Below are positions 48,682 to 59,520 of a stretch of 64,000 bases of DNA, in pieces. Each line of letters starts with the position of its first letter. The stretch's first letter is position 1. The DNA lies in the NCBI GenBank assembly GCA_028534125.1, contig CM052832.1, positions 10,852,001 through 10,916,000 on the forward strand. Direction: 5' to 3'. Origin of the DNA: Lama glama. Lineage: Eukaryota. Made by a program: the position numbers and the translations under genes. The notes beneath the pieces were generated by a model. It searched no databases and was not told where the DNA came from. It saw only the letters and a program-made list of their open reading frames with translations.

Positions 48682-50090
48682 AGAGATGTCACATTGATTT
48701 CTTACCATGGACGGCAGTCAAATATTCTTAAAAACCATTGTCCATTGGAGACCAAGGTAACCTTAGAGCCTGTGTGGTTTGGAGTCAGCCAGAACTAGGC
48801 TTCGATCCTGGCTCTGCTACTTGTAGGCTGCCTGACCTGGAACAGACCACTTACTTCATGTGAGCCTCAGTGCCCATACCTGTGAGGGCCGGGACAATGC
48901 TGCCAGCTGAGCAGGTTGATTGCAAGGATTAGAGATCATACTTGAGAAATGCCAGGCACCTGGGATGTTCAGCATCAATCCTGTGCTCTAAATGTGACAA
49001 CAGGAATTACTGAGGACAGGCACCCTTCCCAAGCTGTGGGGTGCCTGCTTCTGTTTCTTTAAGCATCACTCTCCTATTGGATGGTCCTCCTCTCTTCTCC
49101 ATCCTTGCCACCCAGCCTTTGATTGCTTTGTTTATTCTACAGGCAATTATTGATGGAATGATTTATAAATTACAAGGTGTTTACTGCTCCTGGAGAAAGC
49201 GCAGACCAGTTGTCAACAAAACTTACTGAGAAATTAAGTGGTAAGAAGGATTAAAGCCCAAGGAAGAGGCCAGAGCGGGATGGAGTAGTTTTCCTGGGAG
49301 CTTGAGGTCGGTGCATATTTCACTGTAATTCCCACTTGCAGTGGCAGCTCCTGGGGGCAAGGAGCCTGCTCGGCTCAGAGGCAGAACAGCTGGGGAGCTT
49401 TCTCTGCACCTGCACTACAACTTGGGTTGAACCTAAGTTCCCGCTCCTTGTTCCTGCTCCAGAGACCCTGATTTGATTTGTTGCAAAAAAAAAAAAATCA
49501 GTTTATTTCTCTCCTTAACACACACTGGGGTTCCCTTTCCATGGCAAATCAAGCCAGATTGTTCAGGCTTCTATTAATTGACTGCATCTTATTGGAGCCT
49601 CAGTTTCCTCACCTGGAAAATGGAAATCATAACTCCTGCCTTCTGGGATGGTTGTGACATGTGGAAAGAAAGTAAAGAGCCTGGGCCAGATCAGCAACTG
49701 GAAGCTCTGATCTGGTTGGGTCTGGGTTAGTTTTCCACAGATAACTCTCGCCTTCCTCCCCAGGCAACTGTGGTTCTTGCCCTATAAGCAGGTCAGCCTG
49801 ATCTGCAGGGATTTTCCCTTTGTGATTAAAAGCTGTTGATGCCGCTGAAGGCTGCTCTTGGCTCTGCTCATAGAGGCTGATAATTACACCAATGCTGGGA
49901 AAAGGTACAGAGGGAGACTGCTCTGCTGGAGCCTTTAGCCTTGTGCTCATTTGCATTAAAATCAAGGGCTTCGCTCACTTTCCAGCCACACACACACACA
50001 CACAAATGCACGTGTGCGTGCATGCAAAAAAGCACACACGTACACACACACATGCTGGCTTGTGTGTGACTGCAGATCAGACTTGTCATT

Positions 50091-50148
50091 GTAACAGATG
50101 CAGAGGATCAGGGGAGCTTTAGTAACAGATGCAGAGGATCAGGGGAGC
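50091..50148. repeat. Perfect 27-bp direct repeat with 4-nt spacer
   Basis: GTAACAGATGCAGAGGATCAGGGGAGC at 50091-50117 and 50122-50148, spacer TTTA. Confidence 0.97.
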
Positions 50149-50859
50149 AAGCCAGGAGTGCTGCCTTGAAAGGGATGACAGTACAGTGGCTCAGAGGACA
50201 ATTCATGACAGTACTGGATGCTGTTTGAGAGCAGGATTGCAGGACCAGATTGCTCAGACTGGTCTCTAATCCAAGCTTTCCCATCTTCTAGCTGGATGGC
50301 CTTGGGCGAGATACTTAGCCTCTCTGTGCCTTGGTTTCATTAATTGAAAACGGGGATGGAAGTATGTTGTGATGAAGATTTCTTGAGTCAGTGCAGGTCA
50401 GGAGGGTAGACTAAGGCCCAGTGTATAATCAGCATAATCCACGTTACCTGTCATCACTGGCTTCATCTCCACTGCCACGCCACCTCCTCTTCCATCTCCA
50501 CCATCATCTCCCTAAAACAGTTGTATAGTGGGAGGAGCCCTGTACTAGGGAAGGAAGAAGAACCAAGATTCATTCAATGATTGTTATTATTTTTCCAAGT
50601 ATATTATTCCAAGTGGGATGTGAGGCAAGTTGTAAACATCCTTACACTTTGCCAAAATAGATGAATAAAATTCATGAGGAAATTTGGGTGCGAGGGAGAG
50701 CAAGGGCAAGGTAGGTGCCCAGAATGCCTCCTGTGGGGTCCTGTGGAGCTTCTGCAGGTGGGCTCCTTATTATGGCCCTGAACCCCATAAAAATATCAGT
50801 TGCAAAATTCACTGATGAATGCAAGTCAGTTGCAAAATGGATGAAGCCCCCTCCCTAAA

Positions 50860-51136
50860 TGGTTGAATAAGCCAGATGCGAAAGAGTACGTGCTGTGAAA
50901 TTCCATTTACGTAATAGTTACAAAAACAGGCAAAACTAATCCATGTTACAAGTCAAGATAATCGATATCCTCAGGGGCAGGGCAATGAATGGGAAGATGG
51001 CAGCAAGGGTCCCGCGGGTCCTGGTAGTGTCCTATTCCTCGATCTGGGTATGGAATGGTGAGAATTCATCTAGCTGTACATTTATGATGTGTATGTTTTT
51101 GTGTATGTATGTTTCATTGAAAATTTCAAACAAAAG
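50860..51136 (+). mobile_element. Old L1 (L1MC/ME-like) 3' end
   Basis: AAGCCAGA..AAAGAGTAC..ATTCCATTTA..AAAACAGGCAAAACTAAT; GATCTGGGT; AATTCATCTAGCTGTACA. Confidence 0.85.
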
Positions 51137-51477
51137 CAGTTGCTTGGTGGAAGCACAGCTTTTAGTACATTGAGTCTATAAGCAACACATATTGTTAATG
51201 ACAGAAACAGAGCTTACCTTCACTGTGCACTCTAACTGTTACATATATTTCTCTGGTAGCCATCCTGTGAGGTGGGGTGGCACCCCACTTTTACAGACGG
51301 GGCAGCTGAGGCTTAGCGAGGTTAAGTAACTTCCCTGCACCCCAATCTCTTCCTGGCAGACACACTGGTCGGAGTACCCTCTCCCCACCTCCACCCCCAC
51401 ACCTAAGAGCAGATGTAGTACAAAATCTGGTGCCTAGCTGATGCTCCTTACATGAGGGAGGGAGGGAGGGAGAAGGC

Positions 51478-51680
51478 AGGTCATTAAATTGTCACCAGCC
51501 ACCCTGTCTTGGCATTCTGAAATCATTTCCTGCCTCCCTTCTAATTTCGATTGCACTTTATAGGCAGCGCCAAACGGCACTTAATTGCTTTCCGTTGCTA
51601 GGTCTAAACCGTTCTGTCACTCCGGCCTGTGCCTCCAAGCTGCAGAATTGTTTGACGTGGTTGAGGAGTGAAGAGATCTA
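51478..51680. promoter_or_regulatory. Candidate enhancer flanked by G-quadruplex motifs
   Basis: CATTAAATT, CTAATT, CACTTAATTG, and X-box half GTTGCTAGG at 51594-51602; several CpGs. Confidence 0.45.
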
Positions 51681-52229
51681 CTTCCCTCCCCCATGGAGAA
51701 ATGCCTGGGTTGGGGAGGGAGGAGGGGCAGGAGCCAACTAGGGTCAGGGAGGGGTAGGGAATGATGCCAGAGCCTGGCTGCCTCCCCGCTGTTCAAACCC
51801 TTAGCTCTTAACTCAGCACCTGGAGGTAAAAGTGAGTGAATGGCTCCCAAATGGAAACACCTCTACCCCCACGCCCACCCCAGTGTCTTACTTCTGTCCA
51901 TGTTCTCTGCCATGGCCCTTTCCCATCCTATTGGACTCTCTGAATTGAGCTCAACAATTAGCCCAGTTGGTGCCCAGTTCCCCGACTAAGCCTGATTTGC
52001 ACTCTCCCTGCCAAAAGCCTATTTCTCCTGGGGAGACTTCAGTGGACCCCAAAAAGCTCCAGACAAAGTCCTAGGGAGATGGCACTCTCCTCTGATCCCA
52101 GAAGCTCTTTACATCTCCCTCGGGGACTGCTGGGGACATGGCTTTCCTGCCCTTTGTGAGGACCGTGTCTGCCACTGCTTGTGTTACACTGAGTCAACAT
52201 GCAATGAATAATGAATTATAATAATAATA

Positions 52230-52700
52230 ACTTGAGGGAATTTATGCCCTAGCTTCAACTGCGTCCAAAACATAAAGGGAAAATTCACTGTAAATTACAC
52301 CCTGGGACTAGCGAGTGAATGATGCAGGCAGCTTTCCCCAGAGACCTCCAAATCAACTCATTTAAATTAATAAATCCCACTCTCCTCTGTGCCTGAATAG
52401 CAGGCTTATTTATGTGTCTTGAAATTGGCCAAAATATCTGAGTGAAGGAGCAGAGCAATTAGAGTTTCTTCTTTACACAGAGAGCTTTTTTTGAGACGCC
52501 GTCTCAGCTTGCTAACTCTTATTTTGGCTGAACGTGGGGAAAGGAAAAAAAAAACCATTGAATTCAGTCTGACGAATGGATTGCTTCTAAATGTACATTG
52601 CTGCCAAATAACCAAATTGACTGAATTTTTCACTTTCCTGTCACGTCTTTTGTATTTTCTGGCCTAAAAACCCTGATATACACCAGTCTTTCTTGAAAAA
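52230..52700. promoter_or_regulatory. Candidate AT/homeodomain-rich enhancer block
   Basis: GTAAATTAC, TTTAAATTAATAAA, GCAATTAG, AAATTGA; no repeat recognised. Confidence 0.35.
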
Positions 52701-53132
52701 GTCCTTGCAGAGCTCAAGACTGGGAAATATGGTTTGTCCTGGCAGGTTCCCCTACACGGACCCTTCCACTCAGGGCTGAAATTTTAAATATTTAACAGGG
52801 ATGGAGGGCTTGGCACTGACCAGTGAGAGTGGGTGTGACCTGAACCCTCGCCCCCAGCTGTGCAGGGTTAACCTTTTAGTTTCTGAATCTTAGGGTGGTC
52901 CATTCTGGGGGAGATTCTCTGGAAGAGAGGCAAGGCAGGGCACTGGGGGGCTCAAGGCAGCAGCTCTGCTGCAGTGGATGGGGATGAAAGCATTTTAATA
53001 TTTCAACAGTGCAGAGGACTGACCAGTAAGTCTGCTTCTACATGAACAGCTGGGAAGAAGAGGGAGGTTCAAATCTGCCTTTTGTGTGTCATTTATTTTT
53101 GTTCTTTCCCTCTGACCCAATTCTTCTTAGAC

Positions 53133-53978
53133 TGTTCCTAATTTGTTATCCCCACCCCAGCTCACACAGCTGCTTTCCAATGCAATTTTGGTACTAACCT
53201 TTTTTTTTTTTTTGATGGAGGTACTGGTGATTGAATCCAGGACCTCCTGCATGCTAAGTATGTGGCTGTACCGCTGAGCTGTGCCCTCCTCTCCCCCCCA
53301 TGCTAATCATTCAGAGTCAGGTCATACTCTGTGAGTTAAGGGCACAGTTACCCAGCAAAACTGCTCTCACTTCAGACACTAGCCCCAGTTTTGAAGGGTC
53401 CCCAGAGCCACCCGTGCTTCTGACCAACTGGCTACAAATTCAGGGGTACCACTACCTCCTCAAGTTTGATAATTCAGAATGACTCAGAACTAAGGAAAAC
53501 ACTTTTCTTAGTAACTACAGTTTTATTATAACGCATACAAATCAGGACCAGTTAGAAGGACACAGAGGAGCTCTGGGAGGGTCTCAGGTGTGAAGCTTCT
53601 CTGTCCTCAAGATGCATCAGTCTTGTAGCCCATGGTGAGTATTCCAACCAGAGAAGCTCACCTGAGCTTCAGTGTCTAGGATTTTTATTGGAATTTCATT
53701 ATGTAAGCATGACTGAAACATCGGACAGGTGACTGAACTCAATCTCTAGTCCTCTGCCCCTCCTAGAAAGTCGGGCTGATATGTGGCTCAAAACCCCAAC
53801 CATCTAATCACATGTTTCATCTTCTGGTGTGAACAGCCCTCATCCTTCGTCATCTTGTGAGCATACACTCAGGTGTTGTCTAAGGGTCCACTGTGAATAA
53901 CATGGGAAAGTCTAAGGTTTAGAGGTTCCCTCCTGGGACTCAGGAATAAATACCCGCCAAATTCTTTATTATTCAACA
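53133..53978 (-). mobile_element. MER21-family LTR
   Basis: GTTAAGGGCACAG; CACTTCAGACACTAG; CTTCTGACCAACTGGCTACAAATT; GAAGCTCACCTGAGCTTCAGTGTC; end TTCTTTATTATTCAACA. Confidence 0.85.
53200..53299 (-). mobile_element. tRNA-Ala-derived camelid SINE (Vic-1-like) inserted in MER21
   Basis: Minus strand reads GGGCACAGCTCAGCGG (A box)..CTTAGCATGCAGGAGGTCCTGGATTCAATCACCAGTACCTCCA (B box) followed by A14. Confidence 0.88.
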
Positions 53979-55169
53979 TACAGTGTAAGTGCACATGCTT
54001 TAGGTGAGGACTAGCTTCTGTGTCCATTAGGTATGTTCTAGAAAGCTACTGTGTCTTTGTGCATGTGTATGTGCAAGCGCACACGGGAAGGCATCTGAGA
54101 AACTGGAAAGAGAAGGGATTGGATGATGAAGCAGAGATAGCAAGCCAGGGATTGGAAGTTGAGCCCTAGTCTTGGGTTGGGTGGAACATTGTCCTCAGGG
54201 AGGGCAAGAATGGTCGTAGTTCTACCACCAAGAACAGCTATATGGTCTTAGGAGTTTGCCCGCAGGCTGGAGGAGAGTAGGTCTGAGAGAGAATCAGAGG
54301 ATGGAGAGAACTGGGGCATAAGTGGGAACATCTTATAGGAAATGGAATGTCAGAGTTGGATGAGGCTGCTCTCCATGGTCCTATGTGTGTGTGCATGTGT
54401 ACACATATCTGTGTATGTACACACAGGTGAGCATGTGCCAAGGTAAAAGGGAAGGACAAGCGAGTCGACAGTCCTCTCCAGCCTTGGGATGCCATCCACT
54501 AGGATACAGACTCAACCAATGGCTGATATATGGTGCCCCTCTCACCATCACTCCTAATTAACCACTTAGAAAAACTTTGCTTCCTTTTCTCATAACCTTG
54601 GGCTTTGTTAGATTCCCATGGAGGGAATACATTTCCACCAGGGAACATTGCACTTGAAGCCATGATCACGACAGGGTGACTCTGGGCTTCTCCTGTCAGT
54701 GGACCACCAAGTGAGGAGAGGAGTAGCCTCTACAGGTGCGAATAATGGGCCCTGACCCCCATGAGGAGCTAGGGTTGCTGTGACACATGGAGGGCAGGGA
54801 AGAGCACGTCTAGAACTCAAGAATACACTGCACTGTCTTCTTGGGCTTCCGTCCCTGGTCATGAGACCATCACAGCCTGACAAGGGCAAAGCAACTGTGA
54901 GCTCAGCCCTCTGGAGATAAGGCTCCACAGTATCCCAGCAGCAAGCAACCCAGACCAGCTGCCCGAGGGGAGAAACAGCGGGGATGTGTGTTGGAGGAGG
55001 GAGATGATGAGACTCAGCCATGGTCTCAGGACCAGCAGCAATCGCAGGGACCAGAGTGAGTTCCACTTAACCTTCCCGTATTAGGTTTTGGCAGACTGTA
55101 GGCAGCCATCCGTGATGGGTCAGACGCAGTGGGAGACCCAAGGAGGTTTGTGTTTCAAGGGGTGGATTG

Positions 55170-55709
55170 TACCAGACACCATTTCTATCTTACTTCACAC
55201 CCTCCTGTCCCCACTGCTCACTCCCACCACTGCTGTGACAACTGGTCCTGTGTAGGCGACAACCAGCTTCATGCAGGTTACAACTTAACAGTGCTTTATA
55301 GAAATTCGTGCCATTTATTTCTTGCTTCCTTGCTGAGGCTTCTCAGCCCTTGAGGCATGAATGCTGGCAGGAGCCCACTGGTGGGCTCACATGAGTGACC
55401 CAGCAGCGTGTGGTAGTTAAGGCCGAGAGGCCACCATTGCCGCCAATAGGGCAAGGAGGGCAGTGGAGTGGTGCTGCCCCCTGTCATTGTGCGAGCAGCG
55501 AGTTCTGAGACGTCTTTCCCAGCGCCCTACTGAAATCAAACCCCAGTGTCTCATGCTAGTGCCCAGCTCCTGGATGCATCCTCCTTCCTCCTCTTCCAGT
55601 TCCACTCTCCTGTCCTTCATTCTTGCTCCATGGAATCACAGGCCAAATAACCCACCTGCCTGCAAGTTTTGTCTTAGATTCCGCACTGGGAGAGAAAGTA
55701 TCTAAGACA
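55170..55709 (+). mobile_element. ERVL LTR16-like solo LTR
   Basis: 3' end CCAAATAACCCACCTGCCTGCAAGTTTTGTCTTAGA...CTAAGACA. Confidence 0.7.
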
Positions 55710-56385
55710 CTCTCTCTTCTGTCTGTTCTCAATACAGAAGCTAGAGTGATCCTTAAATGAGCTAGATCACGAGTCCTCTGCTCAAAGCCCAGAGTTCTAA
55801 CCATGCCCCCCCGGGCCCCACTTTGTAGTAGCCACCCCAGCCCCTTGCAGTAGTCAGGGCCAGTTATGCCCATTGGGACAAATGCTCCTCTCCTAGGAGG
55901 CTTTGCAAGATCCCACCCATCATTACTCTCTGACCTCACCCCCAGCCCCCTTCCAGCCGCTCCAGCCTCTTTGCTGATCCTGGATCCCATGCAGGGGAGT
56001 CTCACCGCGGGATTTGTGCTTCCTCCTCCAGATGTCTGCATGGACAGTTGCATCATTCTTTCCTCCAACATTTCAGGGTAGGGCGACCAGCTGCCCTGGT
56101 TTGCCTGGCACTCTGAGGCTCCCCAGAATGTGGGACTTTCAGTGCTAAAACTAGGTCAGATGCAGGCAGACTGGGATGGTCAGTCACCCTATTTCAACAG
56201 GACCTGACTCTTCCCTGTAAACTTTCAACCCCTGCTGTCCTTCCCCTCACATCCCTGATTGTCATTCTTATGGTTCTTTCTCTTGTAGCATTTATCACCT
56301 CTAACCTACTACATTGTTTGCTTATGTATTAGGTTGATTGCTTACAGCACTCCCTGCTGTATCCCTAGCATCTAAAACACCTGAG
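55710..56385 (+). mobile_element. L2 3' portion interrupted by MER81
   Basis: CTAGAGTGATCCTT..TAGATCA..CCTCTGCTCAAAGCCC; TAGCATTTATCACC; GCTGTATCCCTAGCATCTAAAACA. Confidence 0.8.
56079..56191 (+). mobile_element. MER81 hAT-Blackjack MITE
   Basis: TIRs TAGGGCGACC/AGTCACCCTA; GGGACTTTCAGTGCTAAAAC; flanks TTTCAGGG/TTTCAACA. Confidence 0.88.
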
Positions 56386-56387
56386 CA

Positions 56388-56582
56388 CAGGGGTTCTCAA
56401 AGTGTGGTCCCTGGACCAGCAGGAGCTGCATCACCTGGGAGCTTGTTAGAAATGCAAGTTCCCGGGCTCCACCCCTGACCCACTGAATCCAACACTGTCG
56501 GGATGAGCCAGGGGTGGGGGGTGTCCGTGTGTTGACAAGCCCTTCAGAGGATTCCAAGGCACCTTGAGGTTAAGCATCACGG
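56388..56582 (+). mobile_element. MER5A MITE
   Basis: GGTTCTCAAAGTGTGGTCCCTGGACCAGCAG..ATCACCTGGGAGCTTGTTAGAAATGCA. Confidence 0.92.
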
Positions 56583-57032
56583 CCCTGCCACACAGGACGC
56601 GCTCAGCAAGTGTTTCCTGAGGGAATGAGTGGCTCCTGAGGGGAGATTCTCTTCATCCAACCTACAGAAACAGGTTCTCACGGGCTCTTTCCCAAATAGG
56701 ATCTGTCTATGTATTGAGGATTTGTCACTTTGAGCCAAAGAGGGATTTCCCTTCAACCCTGTGAGTCCCAGCTTTAGAGCCCAGGGGTCATCACAATTAA
56801 CCCAGCACAGGCTGCCTGTGTGCCAGGTATCTTAGTGTTTGCTTAGCTCAGCATGTAGAAGGTGTTAGGGAAATAGAACTGCCATTTTCTCATGATACCT
56901 GACTTGTTTTTCTCCTTGTTGACCAGGGAACCTCCATCAGCTGTATTATGGTAGGTTATTTCAAAGGGTCAAAAGGGGATTGGAGCAGGAGAGAGACATC
57001 TGATCTCTGCCATTACTGAGAAATTAAACATT

Positions 57033-57135
57033 CTGAAACTGCAGCAGGAGAGATTAAAGCTAGACCTCAGGAAGGACTTTCTGTAGGTCAAGGAAAGTGA
57101 TAGGCACCTAAAGAAATTATGAAATCCTTTCTTAT
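57033..57135 (+). mobile_element. CR1/L3 LINE 3' fragment
   Basis: CTGCAGCAGGAGAGATTAAAGCTAGACCTCAGGAAGGACTTTCT resembles the L3 3' end. Confidence 0.65.
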
Positions 57136-57309
57136 CAATCCTGAGTCGAAGCTGTTCCTGTGTGTGGGCAGAGGAATGGACCACAAAATGTTCAGGACTC
57201 TAGGGACTGATGAGAGGTGGCTGCCTTTCAATGAGGAGTCAGAGAAGCAGGCATTGCCCCTCATTCACCAGCCATGTGGATTTGAACCCATTTTTCCTAG
57301 TTTCTGCTT

Positions 57310-57490
57310 CAGGGTTTCTTAATCTTGGCATTATTGACATTTTGGATTGAACGATTCCCGGTTGAGGGACTGTCTTGTGCGTTGTAGAATGTTTAGTGAC
57401 ATCCCTGGCCTCTATCTTCTAGATGCTACTAGCATCCCCCTCCCTAGTTGTGGCAGTGATAAATGTCTCCAGACATCACCAAATGCCCCT
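57310..57490 (-). mobile_element. MER20 hAT MITE
   Basis: CAGGGTTTCTTAATCTTGGCATTATTGACATTTTGG..CATCCCTGGCCTCTA..AATGTCTCCAGACAT. Confidence 0.9.
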
Positions 57491-57994
57491 TGTAGTGGGG
57501 TTGGGGGCTCTACCTGTACCACGAGGCTTGGAGGATCTGTGAGGTCCTGCTCAGTACCCACATCCTGTCAAATGGAGCGAACACCACCCCATAGCATTTG
57601 GGGCAGCAGAATTATAGCAGAGCCTGACTCCAAGAGATGGAGCAGGTGGCCATCCCATCTCATGCACTGTGGACCACCACGACACCAGCCTGGCCTTGAT
57701 TGGCTCTCTTTCAAATGCAGGTCTTCTAGGCCAGCTGGCAGGGGCTTCAGGGGCTGTCTAGTCTGGGAATTTCAAGTCCTAACTAGGCTGCTTGGGGGAG
57801 GGGGCACTGATGTCACACACTGGAATCCTCCCCCCCCTTTTGAAAACCAGCACCCAGGCCACACTTTCTCAGGAAAGCAAGAGCCCAAAGTCAGAGCCAA
57901 TAGGTGGAAATGTTACTACCTGATTCCCAGTCTGAGCTATTTTTGCGGCATTATCTCCAAAAAGACTCATTTAGGGAGAGGTGAATGAGATCAG

Positions 57995-58176
57995 ATCTTG
58001 TAAGTGCAAATCTTTAAAATTTTGACATTTTTGTTCATCTTGGATCTTTTTTTACATTCATTTTGATTTTTAGAAATATGGTATTAAACTTATTGGGTTG
58101 CTAAGTTGTTTGGTGCCCCTCTGAACTTTTGCACCCTAGCAAGTGTCTCAGTCACCTCACCCTAATCCTGGCCCTG
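57995..58176. mobile_element. MER96B-like hAT-Tip100 fragment
   Basis: Ends CACCTCACCCTAATCCTGGCCCTG. Confidence 0.55.
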
Positions 58177-58859
58177 ATCACTCAAGTTTTATGATGCAGA
58201 CGGAACCGCAAGACTGAGGGTGAGCAGCATAGCAAAGGGAGCAACCAAGCCTTAATCTGAAGGCCCAGAACACCTGGTGTCGCAGCATCCCTGAGCAGGG
58301 ACAGCTCGGCCGGAACGCATGAAAGATAAACCAGACAGAGCCTCCCAGCCCTAATCCTTAGTGAATTAATGGTTCTAGGTTACTACTCATCATTCATTCA
58401 CTTGCTCACGATCATTCTCTGAGGGCCTGCTCAGGGGCAGACATTGGAGGGACCAGTAGGATGCCACTGCTTCCAGGCCAAAGAGACAGGTTCGTAAGCA
58501 AAAGAAGCCTGATGCCAGTGATGAGGGCTGGACAAAGCACTGGCGGGAGCTGCTCCAGCAGTGATTCATGGGACTGGATCTGCGGGGACAGAACCCAAAT
58601 AGAAGATTCATTCTCACTCCAAGTGGGAGTTTGTCAACCACAAGTCGTTGTCCAAGTTCACTAACAAACCTGCCAGAGTCACAGTGGTGAGATGAGAGCT
58701 GGGGATTTTCTTAGCTTCATTTCCTGGAGTCACTTAGCTAGGCATCAAGGGATTTTCCCCACCCCCTTCATAGAGCTAAGGCTCGGCTGGATGGAAACAA
58801 TTAATGAAATAATTCCCACATGATTAGAGGGCTTATCTGGTTAAAAACCAGGGTGGTTT

Positions 58860-59235
58860 GTTTTTTTTTTTTTGGATAGGTGTATACACCAATGAAACTA
58901 CCACCACAATCAAGATAGCTAACATTTCCATAACTCCCCAAGAGGTGCAGATTTCAAATACCCAATTTATTCCTTCCAACCCACTTTACCCCCTGGAAAC
59001 CATAAGTTTGTTCTCTATGTCTATATGTCTCTATGTCTGTTTCTGTTTTGTAGATAAGTCCATTTGTGTCCTTTTTAAAAAAGATTCCACTTACAAGTGA
59101 TATCATACAGTATTTTTCTTTCTCTTTCTGACTTACTTCACTTAGAATGACAGTCTCCAGGTCAATCCATGTTGCTGCAAATGGCATTATTTTATTCTTT
59201 TTTATGGCTAAGTAGTAGTCCATTGTATGTATGTA

Positions 59236-59267
<32 letters not shown>

Positions 59268-59471
59268 CNNNNNNNNNNNNNNNNNNNNNNNNNNNNNNNN
59301 NNNNNNNNNNNNNNNNNNNNNNNNNNNNNNNNNNNNNNNNNNNNNNNNNNNNNNNNNNNNNNNNNNNNTTACTTCACTTAGAATGACAATCTCCAGGTCA
59401 ATCCATGTTGCTGCAAATGGCATTATTTTATTCTTTTTTATGGCTAAGTAGTAGTCCATTGTATGTATGTA

Positions 59472-59519
<48 letters not shown>

Positions 59520-59520
59520 T
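58860..59520 (-). mobile_element. LINE-1 3' end(s): younger L1 ORF2 tail/3' UTR next to an older L1M tail; spans the gap
   Basis: Minus-strand peptide [23 protein letters not shown](T/I)VILSEVSQKEK is the L1 ORF2 extreme C-terminus. Confidence 0.9.
59269..59368. other. Assembly gap (100 N)
   Basis: Exactly 100 N, the usual placeholder for a gap of unknown size. Confidence 0.99.

Noticed and set aside
52771..53050. Twice-repeated TTTTAA(A)TATTT..AACAG...ACTGACCAGT motif
   Set aside because: Most likely subterminal repeats of an old hAT transposon relic that I cannot assign to a family
53214..53299. Possible tRNA-Ala gene
   Set aside because: Poly(A) tail, mutated stems and insertion into an LTR mark it as a SINE
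57347..57988. 213-aa ORF
   Set aside because: Begins at a TTG inside MER20; no recognisable protein family
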